NCBI GenBank assembly: GCA_027483535.1
Contig: JAIXUN010000001.1
Span: 101,432 to 165,431, forward strand
Reading direction: 5' to 3'
Origin: a bacterium
Lineage (GTDB): Bacteria; Armatimonadota; Fimbriimonadia; Fimbriimonadales; Fimbriimonadaceae
DNA: 64,000 nt
Shown: positions 48,031-58,446 of the stretch, one piece after another
Layout of the letters: each line of letters begins with the position of its first letter
Position numbering within the stretch: position 1 is the first letter of the stretch
Position numbers and translations under genes: made by a program
Notes under the pieces: generated by a model
What the model saw: only the letters and a program-made list of their open reading frames with translations
What the model was told of the DNA's origin: nothing
The model's database searches: none

Positions 48031-49545
48031 ATGGACCAGGTGCAGTTCGATTTTGTCGTCATTGGGAGCGGGCTCGCGGGTCTTACCTTTGCTCTGGAGG
48101 TTTCTCAGTTAGGTCGAGTCGCCGTGCTCACAAAGGCAGAGGTGACCGATTCGAACACTCAATGGGCGCAGGGTGGCATCGCGGCGGCGGTGAGCCAAGA
48201 CGATTCTTGGAAACTCCACGAAGAGGACACGCTTGTCGCGGGGAGCGGCACCAACGACTCGGATGCGGTGCGCTTTCTTGTACAGGAAGCATCGGCCGCA
48301 ATCGACTGGTTGGTGAACCTAGGAACCCGTTTTGACAGTCATGATGCCCAGCTTGCTCTTGGAAGAGAGGGCGGACATAGTCGAAACCGAATCGTTCACC
48401 ACGCCGACAAAACAGGCTGGGAGGTTGAGCGAGCGATCGTTCAGGCGGTTCGAAACAACCCCAATATCGAGGTATTTGACCACACCTTCGTTGTGAATCT
48501 GCTCACCCACGAAGGACGCTGCGTAGGGGCTCATGCCGTTATCGAGGGCGAAGAGAGGGCGTTTTTGGCACGAGCGGTCATGCTTGCCACAGGGGGCTGC
48601 GGGCGCATGTTCCAGCACACCACCAACCCTCGAGTTGCAACCGCGGATGGGATTGGCCTTGGACACCGAATCGGTGCCGAAATCACGGAGATGGAATTCA
48701 TGCAATTCCACCCCACAACACTTTTCCACCCTCAGCTCCGAAGTTTTCTGATCACTGAGGCGGTGAGGGGCGCGGGCGGCACGTTACGGAACCACCTTGG
48801 GAGACGGTTCATGTACGACTATGATCTTCGGCTGGAGTTGGCGCCAAGAGACATTGTTGCAAGAGCCATGGATAGCGAGATGAAGAAGCACGAGACCTGG
48901 TGCCTCTATCTGGATACCACCCATCTTTCGCCAGAGCTTTTGAAAGCGGAATTCCCCACCATCTATGATCGACTCCAGACCATTGATATCGAGATGGAGA
49001 AAGACTGGATTCCGGTGGTTCCGGCGCAGCACTACTCCTGTGGTGGCGTCGTGACCGATCTGGACGCTCGAACTTCTATTCCCGGCTTGTACGCCTCGGG
49101 CGAGGTTGCTCGAACGGGAGTTCATGGTGCGAACCGGTTGGCGAGCAATAGCCTCTTGGAGGCGATCGTTTTCTCGAAGTCAGCATCGAAGGCGGTTGAA
49201 TCGGAATCGGGTCCTCTCCCCACGAAGTTTGAGCCAAGCCGGTATCGAAGCATTCCGGAATCGGAGGCCATTCGCCTGCGCCGGATCCTGCAAAAGCAGA
49301 TGACTCAAGGGGCGGGCATTGTTCGAACGGACAAAGGGCTACGTGAGACGATCTCGATCATCGATAAGTTGGAGGAAGACTACAATTCCATCCATCGAGC
49401 TCCCTTTGGTCGATACAGCTTGGAGACGTTGAACCTGATTCAGGCCGCAAGATACGTGGCGACGGGCGCCTTGGAGCGTCGCGAGAATATCGGGTTGCAC
49501 TACAACCTAGACATCATCGATCCCAGTTCTGTGTCCACGAAGTGA
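48031..49545 (+). CDS. nadB: L-aspartate oxidase
   Basis: GSGLAGL, WAQGGIAA, EGGHS, QFHPT, LITEAVRG, LAPRDIVAR, HYSCGG, GVHGANRLASNSLLE. Confidence 0.96.
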   Translation: MDQVQFDFVVIGSGLAGLTFALEVSQLGRVAVLTKAEVTDSNTQWAQGGIAAAVSQDDSWKLHEEDTLVAGSGTNDSDAVRFLVQEASAAIDWLVNLGTRFDSHDAQLALGREGGHSRNRIVHHADKTGWEVERAIVQAVRNNPNIEVFDHTFVVNLLTHEGRCVGAHAVIEGEERAFLARAVMLATGGCGRMFQHTTNPRVATADGIGLGHRIGAEITEMEFMQFHPTTLFHPQLRSFLITEAVRGAGGTLRNHLGRRFMYDYDLRLELAPRDIVARAMDSEMKKHETWCLYLDTTHLSPELLKAEFPTIYDRLQTIDIEMEKDWIPVVPAQHYSCGGVVTDLDARTSIPGLYASGEVARTGVHGANRLASNSLLEAIVFSKSASKAVESESGPLPTKFEPSRYRSIPESEAIRLRRILQKQMTQGAGIVRTDKGLRETISIIDKLEEDYNSIHRAPFGRYSLETLNLIQAARYVATGALERRENIGLHYNLDIIDPSSVSTK

Positions 49546-51355
49546 GCTTCGGCAACTCCGGGGCCCAATCGGGAAAGCCGATTGGAGCGGTGCATTCACC
49601 TGCGGCGATGGGCTCGTAGCGCGCGTCAAGCCCTCCTGGTTTTGGCGTCACGAAGAACGTGCGTAGGTTCTCTCCCTTTTCCGCACTGAGCGAGAAAGCA
49701 GAGGCGAGGCGGAGGATTCCGACCAATTTTTCGCGAACGAAGAACCGGAGTTGTGGTTTCTGGGGCACCTTGTCCGTCTCCTCTCCGGCACGAATCCAAA
49801 CCGGGACATCGCCAAGAGAGCGAATGGGGCTGAAGATTGCCGACGCGAGGGGATCGGAAAGGCCCAAGGGGTTGCGGAGCGAGTAGATTGGGCTTCGCCA
49901 GTCTTGCAACGGAAGGAAAAGATCCTGGGCGGCGACAGACTCACCTCGACGTTGCCGATACGTCCGAAGGCCTTCTTCTGCCGATAGTCCAACCTGAGCC
50001 CAGACTCCTACAAGACGATCGCTATCATGTGCTGAAAGGGCACCCGCCACGGCCATTGCCGCAAGGGCTCTTCGGTTCTCCCCTTCCGGCACCCCTCGAA
50101 AGCGAGAGGTCTGCCAATCGAGCCGATAGTTCAGCGCGGTGAGTTGTTTCTCACTCTCTTTTGCGCCGCCGAGTGCGGCTGCATTCACGAGGGAGAGCAG
50201 CGCGTGAGCGGCCGATGCGTATAAGCCCTCCCCGTTCTGCTTGTACATAGCGATGTGTCTCGACCAAGGTTCCCGTTCCATGGGCGACGACTCGTAGAAC
50301 GACGTTTCTAGCTCTCTCGACCAATCTGCGAGGACTTGTCGCCGGGATGCGATGAGGTTCCAAAGGGCGAGACGCTCGACGCCTAGGGGGTCTCTCCAGG
50401 TGGGTTTGGCAAGTTCTGGACCCACGCCTTCCGCTTGAACCACGGCTCGGCCTGCTGGAATCCTTCGCGCCGGAAAAGTGATGGAGAGTCGCCCCCCTTG
50501 GCCCACAAGGATTGGACCCTCGCCCGTCTCGATATCGGTGACCGTGTAGGCCGATGTGACGTTCGCGTAGTATCCGGCGAGTTTTGCCAGATGTAGGGAG
50601 ATCGGCGGGCAGAAGAGTTTTCTGTTGAAGGTGTAATCCACCTTGATGGTTTGACCATCGGCCCGGACACGTGTGTTCTTTCTCGCCAGGATCGGCCCCG
50701 ACCATAGCTCGCTCCATTTTTTTGTCTGTTGAACCAGTCGACCCAAGGCAGCCGCATCTCCGGTTGGGAAGGGTTTCACCCCGGAGGGCAGCCCAATTCT
50801 CAACCAACCACGGTAGGCACGATCGGATCGGATGCGGAAATTGCCCGGTTTGCCCGTGACTTGCATGCCGCATCGCCCATCGATGAAACCAAAAACCAGC
50901 GGCGCTTGACGGTCGCGAAAGCTAATCGTGATCCAATCGGACGCGGGGGTTGGAACTCCGGAATCTACACTTCCTTCGCTCCAAGAGAGATAAGGGGACG
51001 CGGTTGACCGTACGCCAAAGTCGATGACGCCTTCATAGTAGAGAAGGATCCCCGAATCCCACGAATCACAGCGAATCTTGGACGGCTTCCCGTTTCCGCC
51101 ATCCACCGCGATGACCATCGCCTCTCTTGAAACGGCTTGCGGGGTCCAGGATGCGAGTGTCTTCGGAAACCGGAGGAGATCGCTCCCCCCTCCGACGCAT
51201 CGAACGCCCTCTGGGGTGACCCGCACACCCGCCACTTCTGGGGACGTGGTGTATCCGTATCTTCCAAAGCCCTCGAATTCGGAAAGTCCCACTTGAGCGG
51301 GCACCAGCGATGCCAAGCCAAAGAGAAGACTAAAACTAGAAAGGCGCGTTAACAA
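49514..51355 (-). CDS. Secreted hypothetical protein
   Basis: 613-aa ORF with signal peptide; overlaps upstream gene by 20 bp and nadB end by 32 bp. Confidence 0.65.
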   Translation of the reverse strand: MLTRLSSFSLLFGLASLVPAQVGLSEFEGFGRYGYTTSPEVAGVRVTPEGVRCVGGGSDLLRFPKTLASWTPQAVSREAMVIAVDGGNGKPSKIRCDSWDSGILLYYEGVIDFGVRSTASPYLSWSEGSVDSGVPTPASDWITISFRDRQAPLVFGFIDGRCGMQVTGKPGNFRIRSDRAYRGWLRIGLPSGVKPFPTGDAAALGRLVQQTKKWSELWSGPILARKNTRVRADGQTIKVDYTFNRKLFCPPISLHLAKLAGYYANVTSAYTVTDIETGEGPILVGQGGRLSITFPARRIPAGRAVVQAEGVGPELAKPTWRDPLGVERLALWNLIASRRQVLADWSRELETSFYESSPMEREPWSRHIAMYKQNGEGLYASAAHALLSLVNAAALGGAKESEKQLTALNYRLDWQTSRFRGVPEGENRRALAAMAVAGALSAHDSDRLVGVWAQVGLSAEEGLRTYRQRRGESVAAQDLFLPLQDWRSPIYSLRNPLGLSDPLASAIFSPIRSLGDVPVWIRAGEETDKVPQKPQLRFFVREKLVGILRLASAFSLSAEKGENLRTFFVTPKPGGLDARYEPIAAGECTAPIGFPDWAPELPKLTSWTQNWDR

Positions 51356-53420
51356 GGTTGAATCCGATTCGACGCGTTAGATAGGAGTAACCCAGGGAGA
51401 CTTCTCGGGGGCCGATTTTGCGCCCAATGAGAATAGTGTAGTCCACGAAGGTCGATCGATCGACGCGGTCGAAGGTGTAACTGTAACCGATTCGCCAGTC
51501 GGAATCAAAGTAATAAAACGAGTCGATGAAGAACGACTGCCTGTCGAGGTCGAGGCTCTGGTTCCAAAACGCGCCCACACCCAGGTTTCCGTTTCTTACT
51601 GCGAACTCGGTAGAGAGTCGGTAAAGCCCGGTGCCGATCTCCGTAAAGCCATCTCGAACGTAGTCTAGGCTGATTCGGTTAGTGATGTTGTACGGCAGTT
51701 GGTTGTACATGGAGATCTGCCCCAGAAGTGTGATTGGGACAGGCACGTTGGTTCCTTGCACCTGAGCGATGGTGAAGCCTGCTTGGACGGTGGAATCTTT
51801 GGTGAGTTGCAGGGGGTCTGTGGAGCCGCGCAACTGGGCGCCGTACGCTGACTGATTGATCTGCGTGATTACGGGCACGAGATCGCCGTTCCCATCGATT
51901 TGAAGGCTCTCGATGGTTCGATCTCCGACATCGGCCCGCACGCCCGGAAAGAGACGCAGTGGCAGTTTGCCAACTTTGATCGGATCCTTTTCAGCAACAA
52001 GGTTTGCGGCGGCACCGTCGGAGCGGAGCCCCTGGATGCTTCTTTGGACGTTCGAGTTTAGGGTCCATTGGAAACCTTTGTTCTGGTTGCTAACAGAGGT
52101 GTTGAAGAACAAAGACTGTCCTGCGGGGGAAAGCAATTGGAAGGAAGCCTGCGTCCGATCTGAGAGTCGTGAAAACTGGCGGAGTCCCACCTGATAGTCG
52201 TCTCGACCCATGCCCGTGTAAGTAAAAGCCCCTTGCCCTCTGTCGCCGTTGCTCCAGTTGAGTTCGTAGTCAAAGAAGACGCCGCGGTTGGCGTTGAAAC
52301 CTCGTCCCAAGTTTTGTCCGGTGCGGAACCGGACCAAGCTTTCTTGGTTCGGGGAGAGCGTGAGATATTGGGGGTAGTTGACGCTGAACTGGTTATCGAA
52401 GACGTTAACGATGTCGTCTGCAAACAACTGCCCTGGAGGAGCGTTCAGGTCAATTTGGTAGAGCGGGATCGGAAGGATCCCTTTCATGTTCAGGCGAATG
52501 ACGGCCTTGGTGAAGATGATTTTTCTTCCCGGAACGACCAACGCACTCCGGGCGTTGATGCTCTGCGGTTTGTTGATGTCTTTGAATTCGAACGCACCTT
52601 CTGGAACGGCTGTCACGGGACTAGAAATCCCTACCCGGCTAATCTCTCCAAGCGCGAAGACATCCTTTTTTTGCATTGGAACCGGACGGTCTTGATCGTC
52701 TAGGTCAAAAAAGAGGTAGCCCCAAAGAGGCATAAACCAACGAAACTGCGGTCGATAACCCTTGTAGCGAGTCGTTCCAAATCCAGTTCGTTTCTTGAGG
52801 TCTAGGTAGATATCTTGGAAGTAGCCCGACCACGCTGAGGTCTTTACCTGTGCAAACTGGGCCTTGACGATCCCAGACTTCACGTCGTATTCGAGCTTCT
52901 TTGCCTCGATCGTTAGGTCTTTGTAAGCAAGCCGCACCTTTCCCTTCGCGCTAGCTGCAGAGATGAGATATTCGAGTTGAGAGTATTCGAGATTATCGTC
53001 TGTAAATACCTCTACCTTTTCTTGCCCTTGGAGCAGTTCCGACTTGTCCTTCACATAGTCGATTTCAAGGACGCTAGGAAAGGTTCCACCACCAACCTCG
53101 CTTGCGGTGACCTTATCAATGCCGGGGGTGTTGCCGGCGATAAGAATCGCCTGAGCGATGCCTGAGCGTGTGGTAACCACTGACTCCCGGAAGAAGCCGA
53201 GTTTGCTACGGAAGAGAATTCGGGTGCCATCGGGAGCGAACTGTCCCGTCGATACTTCCCGCACTTCAGCGGTAATGGTGATCGCCGAGCGGCCGTCGGC
53301 AACGACCGCCGCAGGAAAAGCACTTAACCGAATCGATCTCTGGACAGCCTGCGCACTTGCGAGGCAGGTAGCCAGGATCATTAGGATCAGGCAAGCGAGA
53401 CGAGATAGACCTCTCTTCAC
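51336..53420 (-). CDS. Invasin-like Ig domain + LptD-like outer-membrane beta-barrel protein
   Basis: A.VADGRS.ITITAEVR Ig start; OstA-like IEAKKLEYD; amphipathic beta strands; terminal Phe; GTG 53420 preferred over 53468. Confidence 0.6.
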   Translation of the reverse strand: MKRGLSRLACLILMILATCLASAQAVQRSIRLSAFPAAVVADGRSAITITAEVREVSTGQFAPDGTRILFRSKLGFFRESVVTTRSGIAQAILIAGNTPGIDKVTASEVGGGTFPSVLEIDYVKDKSELLQGQEKVEVFTDDNLEYSQLEYLISAASAKGKVRLAYKDLTIEAKKLEYDVKSGIVKAQFAQVKTSAWSGYFQDIYLDLKKRTGFGTTRYKGYRPQFRWFMPLWGYLFFDLDDQDRPVPMQKKDVFALGEISRVGISSPVTAVPEGAFEFKDINKPQSINARSALVVPGRKIIFTKAVIRLNMKGILPIPLYQIDLNAPPGQLFADDIVNVFDNQFSVNYPQYLTLSPNQESLVRFRTGQNLGRGFNANRGVFFDYELNWSNGDRGQGAFTYTGMGRDDYQVGLRQFSRLSDRTQASFQLLSPAGQSLFFNTSVSNQNKGFQWTLNSNVQRSIQGLRSDGAAANLVAEKDPIKVGKLPLRLFPGVRADVGDRTIESLQIDGNGDLVPVITQINQSAYGAQLRGSTDPLQLTKDSTVQAGFTIAQVQGTNVPVPITLLGQISMYNQLPYNITNRISLDYVRDGFTEIGTGLYRLSTEFAVRNGNLGVGAFWNQSLDLDRQSFFIDSFYYFDSDWRIGYSYTFDRVDRSTFVDYTILIGRKIGPREVSLGYSYLTRRIGFNLVNAPF

Positions 53421-53423
53421 CGT

Positions 53424-53453
53424 CGCTCCATAGAATAGCGCTCCATAGAATAG
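53424..53453. repeat. Perfect 15-bp tandem duplication
   Basis: CGCTCCATAGAATAG x2. Confidence 0.9.
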
Positions 53454-53475
53454 TCGAAACAACTTCACAAAGAAC

Positions 53476-53506
53476 GACGCCTCCCACTTTAGAAGTGGGA
53501 GGCGTC
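53476..53506 (-). terminator. Terminator-like hairpin
   Basis: GACGCCTCCCACTT-TAG-AAGTGGGAGGCGTC. Confidence 0.75.
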
Positions 53507-53523
53507 CATTAGTTTCGCTTACT

Positions 53524-56370
53524 TTAGCGAGTTACGGTTACAGGAACGTAGCGTCGAACTCGCTCGCCACCATCGCTTTCCGCGAGGATTTCCACCTGGT
53601 AGTTTCCAGGAGCAACCGCTCGGTTGGCGTTGTCTCGAAGGTTCCAGGTCACCGAGTTTTGTCCGGCCTTATCGGCTCGGCCTCGGGTCACGGCGAACAC
53701 TTCTCGACCGTTGGCAGAGAGGACTCGCACGCTAGTCGTTGCATCCGATCCGAGGGTGTAGCTCACAACCACCGGAGCGTTTCGGTTGTCGCCTCGTCCG
53801 TCTCGTCGGACGACGACGCTACCGATGACTGCTCGGCTGGCATATCCCGGCTCGAGTTGAATCTTGAACTCTCGGGTGCTTCGAGCGTCGGCTTGGAAGG
53901 TGTAACCGGAGTTCTTTCGAAGGTCTCGGCTATCTCCCGTCGTGACGTCTACGAGTCGTGCTCGAACGTTCTTCGGAATCGTCGAGAGGTTCGGCCAGGT
54001 GACAGTCACGGGACCTGCGTCTCGTGCTTCTACGGTCATGACGAACTCTTGTCGACCCGTCTTCTCGCTGAGCACCTGAGCCATTCGGCTGGGCTGACCT
54101 GCAACATCCTTTCGGATTGCGAGGCTAACCGCACCATCGACCGGAGCGATCGGAGGCTCGTTGACGACCAGCTTCTGAGCATTCTCAGGGCTGCTTGCCA
54201 CACCGACGAAGTTTTGATCGTCAGCGGTCTTGTCGGTTCGAGCGACGAGCTGGAGTCTCCACTGCTTCTCGGACTGGGTCCAAGCTTGCTTCGCCTCTTC
54301 TCGAACATAGAGTTCGTAGACGGGCGGGAATCGGAGAATCAGGTCCTCGTTCGTGTTGACAAAGATCCAATAGCCTCGCTGAGCCTCAATTCGGTCGGTT
54401 GCTCGGTCGATGAATCGGTAGGTTTGCGTGATGTTGTCCCAGAATGCAAGGCTGCTACCGATGTAACCACGTTGCACCAGTTCCGAGTAGGTGAGAGCGC
54501 CGGTGGAGTCAGCATTGCTGGCACCGATGATCTGACCGAGTTGAATGGCTACCGGATACGGGTTACCGATCAGGTTCCAACCGCTTCGGAGACGAATCAG
54601 AGGTGCACCACCCGAACCATCCGGTTGCGGCTGGCCGTCCGTCGGAGCAGAAGGTCCGCCTTGGAGGGTCAAGAATCCCCGCTCTTGTCGGCTGATGATG
54701 AACGAACCTCGTCCTCGCTCCGGACCCGTTTGCGGGATGTAACCCTTTTGCTCGGGGTCGTAAGCGAAGGCTTGGAAGTCGCTGTCAACTTCGAGACCAA
54801 GAATTTCTTCCCAGACCGGTGCCGAGTAGGACCACGGCGAAGCGACCAAGTTTGCACCAGATCGAAGCACCAATCGCGGTTGGCTGACGGCTCGGATCAC
54901 TCCGTTGAGAGTCTTTACGGGACCTGGATTCGGCTCAACTCGAACTTGGTAGGTGAGTTCTCCCGTAACCGTGTCATCGGCAGTGACCGTGAAGTCAACA
55001 AATCCAATGGTTCGAGGGTTGATTCTCGGGATGACTCGGCTTGGTCCGCCTTGAACGGTGAGACCGCTCGGCAGACTAAGAGTGACTCGTACATCTTCCA
55101 GTTGAATCTCTCGGTCAACCGTTGCGAAACCTCGGTTATTGTCGACGTAGACGCGGATGTTGAACGGATTCTGGCTGAATTCGCTCGGGTTAGCCGGGTT
55201 CAGGTTGATGACCTTCGGCGTATCGACAACCATGCTGTACGGTCGACCGTACTTGGCATCGCCCCAGGTGGTTCGATAGTAAGCGATGATTCGTCGCGAA
55301 GCGCCCGGGTTAACAGGCTGCGGATACCACTTCTGAATGAAGCCAGAGTCATCCGTCATGAGCGTGTCGGACTTTGGCTCGAAGAAGATGATGTCCGGGT
55401 GTCGATCGTTGGCTCCACCGTAGGCTCCGTTCAGGAAGAACGAGTTACCTGCAACGAACTCATCGGCCGGGGTTTGCGATTCCAGCGGGAAGTCAGGATC
55501 GGTGGTCGCATCCGTTGGGCTGTTCTCAACTCGAAGTCCGTAGCCAAGTTGCTGCGAGAGCGAGAAGTTGGCGAAGGATGGGAACAGCGATTGATCGACG
55601 GTTCGTCGGAACCGTTGCTCAACTCGAAGCGGCTTCAAACCAGGGACGGTGACGTACGTATCACCACCGAGAGGTCCACCTGTTGACAGAGCGGGCTGTT
55701 GCTCGGTGAGCAGCGCTACCCAAGCTCCGTACCATAGACCAACAAACTGAGTTGCAGCGGCGTTGTTCTGGAAGTTCCAGTCAAGGCGAGCGGCATCGGC
55801 AACCACGTCAAGGCGAAGAGTGATCAAGACGTTCTCGATCGTCGTTCGCGCGAATATGTAGGTATCCGAAGCACCCGTGAAAAGCGTGTCGAAGCCGTTT
55901 CCACCGAATCGATCACCTGCTGCATTAGCGGCAGCTAGAGTGTCACCGACAAGGACAGAAGCATACGACCAGTTACCACCCGCACTGAACGGCGCGCCAA
56001 ACGTGAGCGCCATGTCGTTGTCGGTATCGGTCTGCGAGCTTCCAATGGGACCATAGGAAAACCCAATTCCACCCGCTGCTTCTGCGGTTGTAGCCGCGCC
56101 AAAGCAGAATCCGGTGTCGCTTCCGTAGGTCGTAGTACCACTTACGCCGAAGGTGATTCGGAATAGATCGTTCTGAATGATCGACGCACCGTAGTCGTCC
56201 GAGAAAACTGCTGTATTTGGATCCGCAGGGCGACAGACGATCCAGCCACCTTGGGCAGAAGCGAGGGCCGTCGCACCGAGCAAGGTTGCGATGGGTACCA
56301 GGCGATTCAATGAAGACTTCATCATTAGGTTTCCAGTTGATGGATGGTTCCCTCCCCCAGAATGTTCCAA
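53524..56370 (-). CDS. Large secreted protein with C-terminal FlgD-Ig-like domain
   Basis: Signal peptide after MMKSS (about 56325); GWNLIGNPY repeat-type motifs; C-terminal SYTL..DA...V..L..NGR.V.......AGQNSVTWN.RD..NR.VAPG.Y. Confidence 0.75.
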   Translation of the reverse strand: MEHSGGGNHPSTGNLMMKSSLNRLVPIATLLGATALASAQGGWIVCRPADPNTAVFSDDYGASIIQNDLFRITFGVSGTTTYGSDTGFCFGAATTAEAAGGIGFSYGPIGSSQTDTDNDMALTFGAPFSAGGNWSYASVLVGDTLAAANAAGDRFGGNGFDTLFTGASDTYIFARTTIENVLITLRLDVVADAARLDWNFQNNAAATQFVGLWYGAWVALLTEQQPALSTGGPLGGDTYVTVPGLKPLRVEQRFRRTVDQSLFPSFANFSLSQQLGYGLRVENSPTDATTDPDFPLESQTPADEFVAGNSFFLNGAYGGANDRHPDIIFFEPKSDTLMTDDSGFIQKWYPQPVNPGASRRIIAYYRTTWGDAKYGRPYSMVVDTPKVINLNPANPSEFSQNPFNIRVYVDNNRGFATVDREIQLEDVRVTLSLPSGLTVQGGPSRVIPRINPRTIGFVDFTVTADDTVTGELTYQVRVEPNPGPVKTLNGVIRAVSQPRLVLRSGANLVASPWSYSAPVWEEILGLEVDSDFQAFAYDPEQKGYIPQTGPERGRGSFIISRQERGFLTLQGGPSAPTDGQPQPDGSGGAPLIRLRSGWNLIGNPYPVAIQLGQIIGASNADSTGALTYSELVQRGYIGSSLAFWDNITQTYRFIDRATDRIEAQRGYWIFVNTNEDLILRFPPVYELYVREEAKQAWTQSEKQWRLQLVARTDKTADDQNFVGVASSPENAQKLVVNEPPIAPVDGAVSLAIRKDVAGQPSRMAQVLSEKTGRQEFVMTVEARDAGPVTVTWPNLSTIPKNVRARLVDVTTGDSRDLRKNSGYTFQADARSTREFKIQLEPGYASRAVIGSVVVRRDGRGDNRNAPVVVSYTLGSDATTSVRVLSANGREVFAVTRGRADKAGQNSVTWNLRDNANRAVAPGNYQVEILAESDGGERVRRYVPVTVTR

Positions 56371-56388
56371 GGGAGGGAGAATTGCCGA

Positions 56389-58446
56389 TTAGTTAGCAGG
56401 AGGCGGCGGAGGCGTTGTTGGCCTCGTTAGTCGGACGTAGTTGCTGAACACATATCGTTCTCGTGTCAGCGCGTCCGCCTTCGGACCTGGTCGGTCGGCG
56501 ATGTTCTTAGCTCCGATTCGGTAGTACACCACGTTCGCATTCTTGATGAATGCCGGGATTTCAGCCCCCGTGAAGTCAATCGAGTCAGATGCGAGAGTTC
56601 CCGAGTCGTTGCGTCGGAAGAGCACTCGTTGATAAACGGTGTTCCGTGCAAAGGTCGGCGTCGTTGCTACCTGCAGAACGTATTCGGCAGTGAACGGGAA
56701 GGCTCCGGAGACGATCGAGGTGAACGAGAACGTTTGAATGTTCTGGAGCACACCTTGTACCGGCGAGATCAACTGAGGACCTGCGGTCGGAGTTGCCTGA
56801 CCGGAGGCGGTTCGAGCGCTTTGGAAGAGACAGAGTGTCTCACCGACTTGTCCCGTCGTTCCCGACGTCGTTCCAGTCGTACCTGCGGTCGTTCCCGTGG
56901 TCGTCGTCGTGCCTGCCGTAGTCGTGCCTGCGGTTCCAGCGGTTACACCGGTGGTACCCGTCGTGGTCGTCGTACCGGTCGTTCCTGCGGTGGTTCCAGT
57001 GGTTACACCGGTAGTTCCTCCGACGCCTCCGTTGGCTCCACCAACTCCTCCACCTGCGAGACCGCCACCTGCGGCTCCACCGGAGTTACCTCCATCGGGA
57101 AGGTCGATTCGGTTGAGACCGTAGATCAACTCTACTTCGAAGACGTAGGGCCGACCCTCTTGAAGGGCAAGCGCCGTACCGGTTCCGTTAGGAGCAGCGT
57201 TCGGGAACGTACATGTCGTTCCGCCGATCGTTTGGAATCGGTAGTAGCTCGTCCCGGTCGGGATGAGCGTGTCCAATACGTTGGTTTGGTTTCCGGCAAC
57301 TACTCGGACAGGAATCTGCGAGTCGTCGTTTCGATAAACCTGCCACTGGATGCGCTGGGTGTTGCCCTTTGCAAATCCGTTCGGCTTCCAAGAAACGTTG
57401 ATCGAAGGTCCGTTGGTCGGGTCGCTCACGGGCTCAGCAATCACTTGACCGACAACTTCTTGCGTGTTGCTGCCAGGGCCAGATGTCACCATCAAGACCA
57501 GTGCAACAATAAGAATTGCGGTAAGCACGCCAGAGCCATCGTTTCGACCGCGCACTCGCTTGGCCACCGCTTCACCCGATTGAGTAAAGCCAGGTCCAAT
57601 TTCCGGCACAGCGAATACGGCTCGAACCTTGTCTCCAGGTTGGAGACCAAGATCACTTCGGCCAATTCGAACGGTGGAGTTCGTAGGTTGAGCTTCAACA
57701 ACTTCCGCAGAAGCAACTTGTCGCTGTCCACGGGTGATGATCACCTGCGTACCGCGCTTGAAGCCTGCTCGAGTTCCAGCGTTGATAAGAGCGCTCTGCT
57801 CAAACGTGTTCAGAACCGTTGCCTCAGGAAGGTTTCGGCTTTGAATGTCTTGAACAGCCTTTTCGCCGGCTTGCGTAAGAGCATCGTTGATGAGAGCCTC
57901 ATCAGAAACGTCTCCCGCTCGAACCGTCGACACTCCGTAAGTGGCCGATCCGTTGATTGGCAGGCCAGAAGCGATGTCGTAGCAAACTACTCGCATTGAA
58001 GCGCGAGCGAGCTTGCCGCCGTTGACTTTTTGAACCACGTAGTCGACGATCTCACCACTGATAATCGTCTTTGAAGCTCGGGAGTTTCGATTGAAAATCT
58101 CTTGACCCACGCGAAGCAAGCTAGTTACCGTCGGGATCGGTTGGGAGAGACCAAGGGTCTCAACTCCCCGAACCACGGTATCTCGCGGCTTCACGTCGTA
58201 CTTCGGATTTTTAGCAAGGGTGCTGGAGATTGCTTCAGCAGCAACTTCTCCAAACTTCGTCCCTTTCTCTTTGCGGTTGTCGAAATCAACAACTGCCCAC
58301 TCCGGCAACTCTACCGACTGCGACGCTCCTGCCTTTGCCGTTGTTGCCGAGAAGGCAACAGCCAGCGAAAATGTTGGCAAAATGAGCGAGGCAGCCACCA
58401 CGTGGCTCACCACTCGACCTGCGAGCGAATTGATGAACCGTCTCAT
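56389..58446 (-). CDS. CsgG/TolB-N-like + FlgT-C-like protein with Thr/Gly-rich linker
   Basis: AVVDFDN...IISGEI...YDIASG; LINAG..AG...G...GLQPGDKV; internal hydrophobic helix; GTTG/TTAG low-complexity tract; Pro tail. Confidence 0.6.
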   Translation of the reverse strand: MRRFINSLAGRVVSHVVAASLILPTFSLAVAFSATTAKAGASQSVELPEWAVVDFDNRKEKGTKFGEVAAEAISSTLAKNPKYDVKPRDTVVRGVETLGLSQPIPTVTSLLRVGQEIFNRNSRASKTIISGEIVDYVVQKVNGGKLARASMRVVCYDIASGLPINGSATYGVSTVRAGDVSDEALINDALTQAGEKAVQDIQSRNLPEATVLNTFEQSALINAGTRAGFKRGTQVIITRGQRQVASAEVVEAQPTNSTVRIGRSDLGLQPGDKVRAVFAVPEIGPGFTQSGEAVAKRVRGRNDGSGVLTAILIVALVLMVTSGPGSNTQEVVGQVIAEPVSDPTNGPSINVSWKPNGFAKGNTQRIQWQVYRNDDSQIPVRVVAGNQTNVLDTLIPTGTSYYRFQTIGGTTCTFPNAAPNGTGTALALQEGRPYVFEVELIYGLNRIDLPDGGNSGGAAGGGLAGGGVGGANGGVGGTTGVTTGTTAGTTGTTTTTGTTGVTAGTAGTTTAGTTTTTGTTAGTTGTTSGTTGQVGETLCLFQSARTASGQATPTAGPQLISPVQGVLQNIQTFSFTSIVSGAFPFTAEYVLQVATTPTFARNTVYQRVLFRRNDSGTLASDSIDFTGAEIPAFIKNANVVYYRIGAKNIADRPGPKADALTRERYVFSNYVRLTRPTTPPPPPAN

